64,000 nt of DNA from Mobula hypostoma (lineage: Eukaryota): assembly GCF_963921235.1 (NCBI RefSeq), contig NC_086109.1:27902001-27966000 (forward strand). Reading direction: 5' to 3'. Below the pieces are notes generated by a model. It had not been told where the DNA came from. It did not search any database and was given only the letters and a program-made list of their open reading frames with translations. Shown here one piece after another: positions 60,438 to 64,000 of the stretch. Each line of letters begins with the position of its first letter. Within the stretch, counting starts at the first letter, position 1. A program made the position numbers and the translations under genes.

Positions 60438-62915
60438 GTACCTCCCTGTACATGGATGACATCACCGTCTTCTGCTCTGATCCGAGGTCAGTTCGCAGGT
60501 TGATTGGCATCTGCGAACAGTTCGAGTTCACGTCAGGGGCCAAGGTCAACCGCACGAAGAGCGAAGTCATGCTCTACGGCAACTGGTCTGACCGATCTAG
60601 TGTCCCCTTCACCATCAAGTCTGATCATGTGAAGGTGTTGGGGATCTGGTTCGGAGGGGCCGAGGTGTGCAACAAGAACTGGCAGGAGCAGACTGCCAAG
60701 GTGAAACAGAAACTGGGACTGTGGGGAGGGTGCTCCCTATCGATAACGGGCAAGAACCTGGTGATAAGGTGCGAGGTGCTCTCAGGGCTGCTGTACTTGG
60801 CGCAGGTGTGGCCCGTCCCCCAATCCTACAGTTCAGAAATCACCTGAGCTGTCTTCAGATTCGTCTGGGGATCCAAGATGGAGCAGGTCATTCGGGCTGC
60901 CGTGCACCCTGATGGCCAGCTTCGTGTGTGGCTGCATCAGGTTGTGCGTAAGACCCAGGTATGTGGGCACCAAGTACCACTATGTGCCCAGGCCCAGATA
61001 CAGTGCGCATGCGCCGGTCGTGCATGCAGCCTATTACAGTCGTTCTGATCAGTATTCTTACTTTTTTCTTCTTACTTTTTAACTTATGTTATTCTTTGTA
61101 TTTTTTTTTCCACGGTAACACATCGAAGCTGCACCCTCTCTAACATGCTGGTAGAGAAGAGTTTCATTTGGGTTTTTAGTGCTGGAAATAGTTACATTCC
61201 GACATGTCTCACTAGCAGGACAGAAGCATGGTCGCATTGTTTATTCCAGGGACCAGCTGCTTACGCTTATGCCGGCCGGTTTAGCAAGCAGAGCTGAAAT
61301 CTGGAGGAAAATACACAGAGGATGCAGAGGGGGATCACAAAGTCGAGGAAAGAGGACCGGGTTGAGACAACAGAGACTTATGGAGAAGAGGAGTTCGGTG
61401 GGTAATAAAATGGACGAGTTCACAGCGCTAGCCAGGCGTCAGAGAACATTTCGGGAGTGCAGTGTTATGTGTTTCACTAGAACGGGGCTGCATGAGGACA
61501 TACCCGATCAATGCTTTTCCATGGACGGCTTCCAGACCGTTCCGGCTGACCGGAAGTGCACTGAGAGCGGTAAGCGTAAAGGAGTTGGGTGCTTACTGTT
61601 CTGGTTAACAACAGGTGGTGCAATCCGGGTCATATTACGATTGAGGTACGTGTTTGTAGACTGGATATTGAACTTTTTACTGTTGGACTTCGGCCATATT
61701 CCACAGAGATACAACACTGGGCGGCACGGGAGGTCGTTCCTGCCTGTGGCCATCGAACTTGCGGCTCCTCCCGTGGAGGGTCAGACACCCTGAGCCAATA
61801 GACTGGTCCTGGACTTATTTTCCATCTGGCATAGATTGCATTTGTTGTTTGATTGTTTATGGTTTTTGTATTGCTATATTTATGTTCTATTCTTGGTTGG
61901 TGCGGCTGTAACGAAACCTAATTTCCCTCGGGATCAATAAAGTATATCTCTCTATCTATCTACCTGTCGCCCTGGCTACGAAGGATGGGTCTGACCCCAC
62001 TCCCGCGCTATGCCCCAGTCAGCTGGTCATTGCCACCATACCTGTCCTTCGTAGAAAAGTTCTTCCAGGACAACGCCTTTGACCACAGAGCCATCAGGCA
62101 GTGGTCGGCACGTAATGCCTTGCAAGCACTGCAGGAGAAGGACGTGATGGATACAGTGGGGTGGTACCCCGAGCAGACCATCCAGTTCATCCGGCAAAAT
62201 GCCTCATCGCCAGATCTCACCAACGTGCACCAGGACCTCGCCTGCCTGGCGGTGAGAGGGGCCCCCCCAGTCAGATCCCTCCTGTACGCCCGGGACATCG
62301 TCTCCACACCCTGCTGCCCACGGGAGGACTGCAGTGAGGAGGAGTCTGTGACCCATCTCTTTGCACACTGTCAGTTCGCAGAGAGGGTGTGGAGGAGGAT
62401 GGATGGGCTAGTGTCACGTTTCATCCCCAGCAGCTGCGTAACAGAGGACTCTCTGATCTACGGGCTGTTCCCGGGGACGCACACAGAAACCAACTTCCGC
62501 TGCTGCTGGCAGACCATCAACTCGGTGAAAGACGCTCTTTGGTCGGCCCGAAACTTGATGATCTACCAGCACATGAAGATGTCCGTGGGAGAATGCTGCC
62601 GACTGGCACATTCTCGGCTGCAGGAGTATGTGCTGAGGGACGCACTGAAACTCGGTGCAGCCACCGCAAGAGCCTGGGGGGAAGGACCACAGTATAGGTT
62701 TCTCCACCCGTGGGAGTGGGCGGGGTCGGAGGGGCGGGGAGTATACCCCTCAACAATTATGTGGTAAGGTGAACAACTGGAGGGCCACGTGGGTGGCCAT
62801 AAGTGTTGTTATGTACAGACTATAATGGAAACGTATGTAAAGGATGGAAAGTTACTGAATTGTTTATTGTATATAATTTTATTTTTGAATAAAGTATATT
62901 TTGAAATAAAAAAAA
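60438..62915 (+). mobile_element. 5'-truncated Tx1-like (L1 clade) LINE, interrupted by a nested insertion
   Basis: RT motif SLYMDDITVF...SGAKVNRTKSE (ORF 60233..60847); C-terminal zinc finger CPREDC...ESVTHLFAHC (ORF 61985..62767); AATAAA plus A-tail at about 62888-62915. Confidence 0.85.
60993..61960 (+). mobile_element. Internally deleted Rex1/Babar-type LINE derivative nested in the Tx1 element
   Basis: IVYSRDQLL...HRGCRGG and APE-like SVGNKMDE...CSVMCFT...DGFQTVPADRK..SGKRKG joined directly to the 3' end GRSFLPVAI; ends ggatcaataaagta followed by tcta repeats. Confidence 0.75.
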
Positions 62916-63083
62916 CTAACAAATTACCCTTTAACTATTTTTGGTATAGTAACCAGTATTGAGTATCAGTTGAAAATATAAACCGAGATGAACATTAAAT
63001 ATAACTTTCCATTTATTTAAACTTTACTCTGGTAAGAAAATTCAAATAGGAGCTAATTTCGTTGCTCTTTACAACATTCCATT

Positions 63084-63428
63084 GGCAGGGTGGAGATACG
63101 TCTCTACCAAAGGTGATGTAAGGCGCTCCTTCCCTCAGTTGGCCTGCAGGTCACCCTTGGGCAAGGGGTAGCACCTGTTTAGCAACCCCTCCCTCCGATC
63201 AGGGTCACGTGACACCATGGGAGCAGGTGGTGGATGGTCACATGAGTATATCACAAGTCCTGGTTATGAGACCACTGACACCAGGCAGACAATCTCTGAA
63301 GTGTATTGTAAATACACTGCCCAGAAGAAGGCAATAGCAAACCATTTCTGTAGAAAAATTTGCAAGAACGATTGTGGTCACAAATATGATCGCCCACGTC
63401 ATACAAAGCACATAATTATGATGATGAT
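63084..63428 (+). mobile_element. Non-autonomous retroelement/SINE with RTE-like tail
   Basis: Homologous to 26998-27352; ends gaagaaggcaatagcaaacc...gcacataattatgatgatgat. Confidence 0.7.
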
Positions 63429-64000
63429 TTACAACACACAAGTGATATGCTGACATAAAGCATCATATACAACAAATGCAAAGGAAAGATTTAAATTTTA
63501 AAACTTTAGAACAGCCTAGTGAATAATAGGTGGGTATAATGGGAAAATTTGGAATTACATTCTCAAAACAAATATCTTATTTGAGAATACTGTAATTGAT
63601 ATTACAAATAAAATGGATAATTAAATGACCTGCAGTCTTTCAAAAATAATCAATAAGCTCCTGACATTAAATGGTATTTCATATAGGTAATTTGTAACTT
63701 TGGTACAGATCTTTTTTAATAGATATGAAAGCAGATATTTAAAAAAAAAGTAAAAACTCAAATCCAAATCTCTTTGAAAACGTGACAGAACATTAACAAC
63801 TCCATATAATACAATAAGATACTGCTCAAAATTCATTGAAAATATAAGAGGTTTAAAACAAAAGTAGTGATAAAGCTTTATTGTCAATAGACAAACATTT
63901 TGCATGAAATGAATAAAAGATTGTTATTAAAGCTCTTTGGAGATTAGAATTTTCCTATTTTCCTCTCACCCTAACTCATTTCTATTGGTTAACACAATAG

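Noticed and set aside
1..64000. CRISPR arrays, rRNA or prokaryotic systems
   Set aside because: No regularly spaced repeats or operon structure; the window is a spliced vertebrate gene

Overview
Eukaryotic, AT-rich vertebrate genomic DNA. The repeat content (HE1-like SINEs, CR1, abundant Penelope-like elements) suggests a cartilaginous fish, probably a ray; this is an inference. The whole window lies inside one minus-strand gene, a kinesin-4 KIF21B orthologue. I reconstructed 28 coding exons (58938 down to 1174; 3893 nt, phases consistent) running from the C-terminal part of the motor domain through the coiled-coil stalk to nearly the end of the WD40 tail. The 5' exons and the last exon lie outside the window or were not found. 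One intron probably has a GC donor, and there is a 39-nt microexon with neural-type splicing motifs. The introns hold many transposon relics: Penelope-like (GIY-YIG) elements with hammerhead-bearing termini, Tigger/pogo, Tc1, mariner and hAT elements, Tx1, CR1 and Rex/Babar-type LINEs, several SINE families and a solo LTR. The most interesting observation is a 121-bp TSD-flanked Penelope-terminus insertion. An 8-nt duplication in it appears to turn the usual minimal hammerhead into a complete one on the KIF21B sense strand. Also notable are recurrent fold-back Penelope-terminus elements, an unexplained structured 310-bp element near 6 kb, and two candidate in-frame cassette exons.
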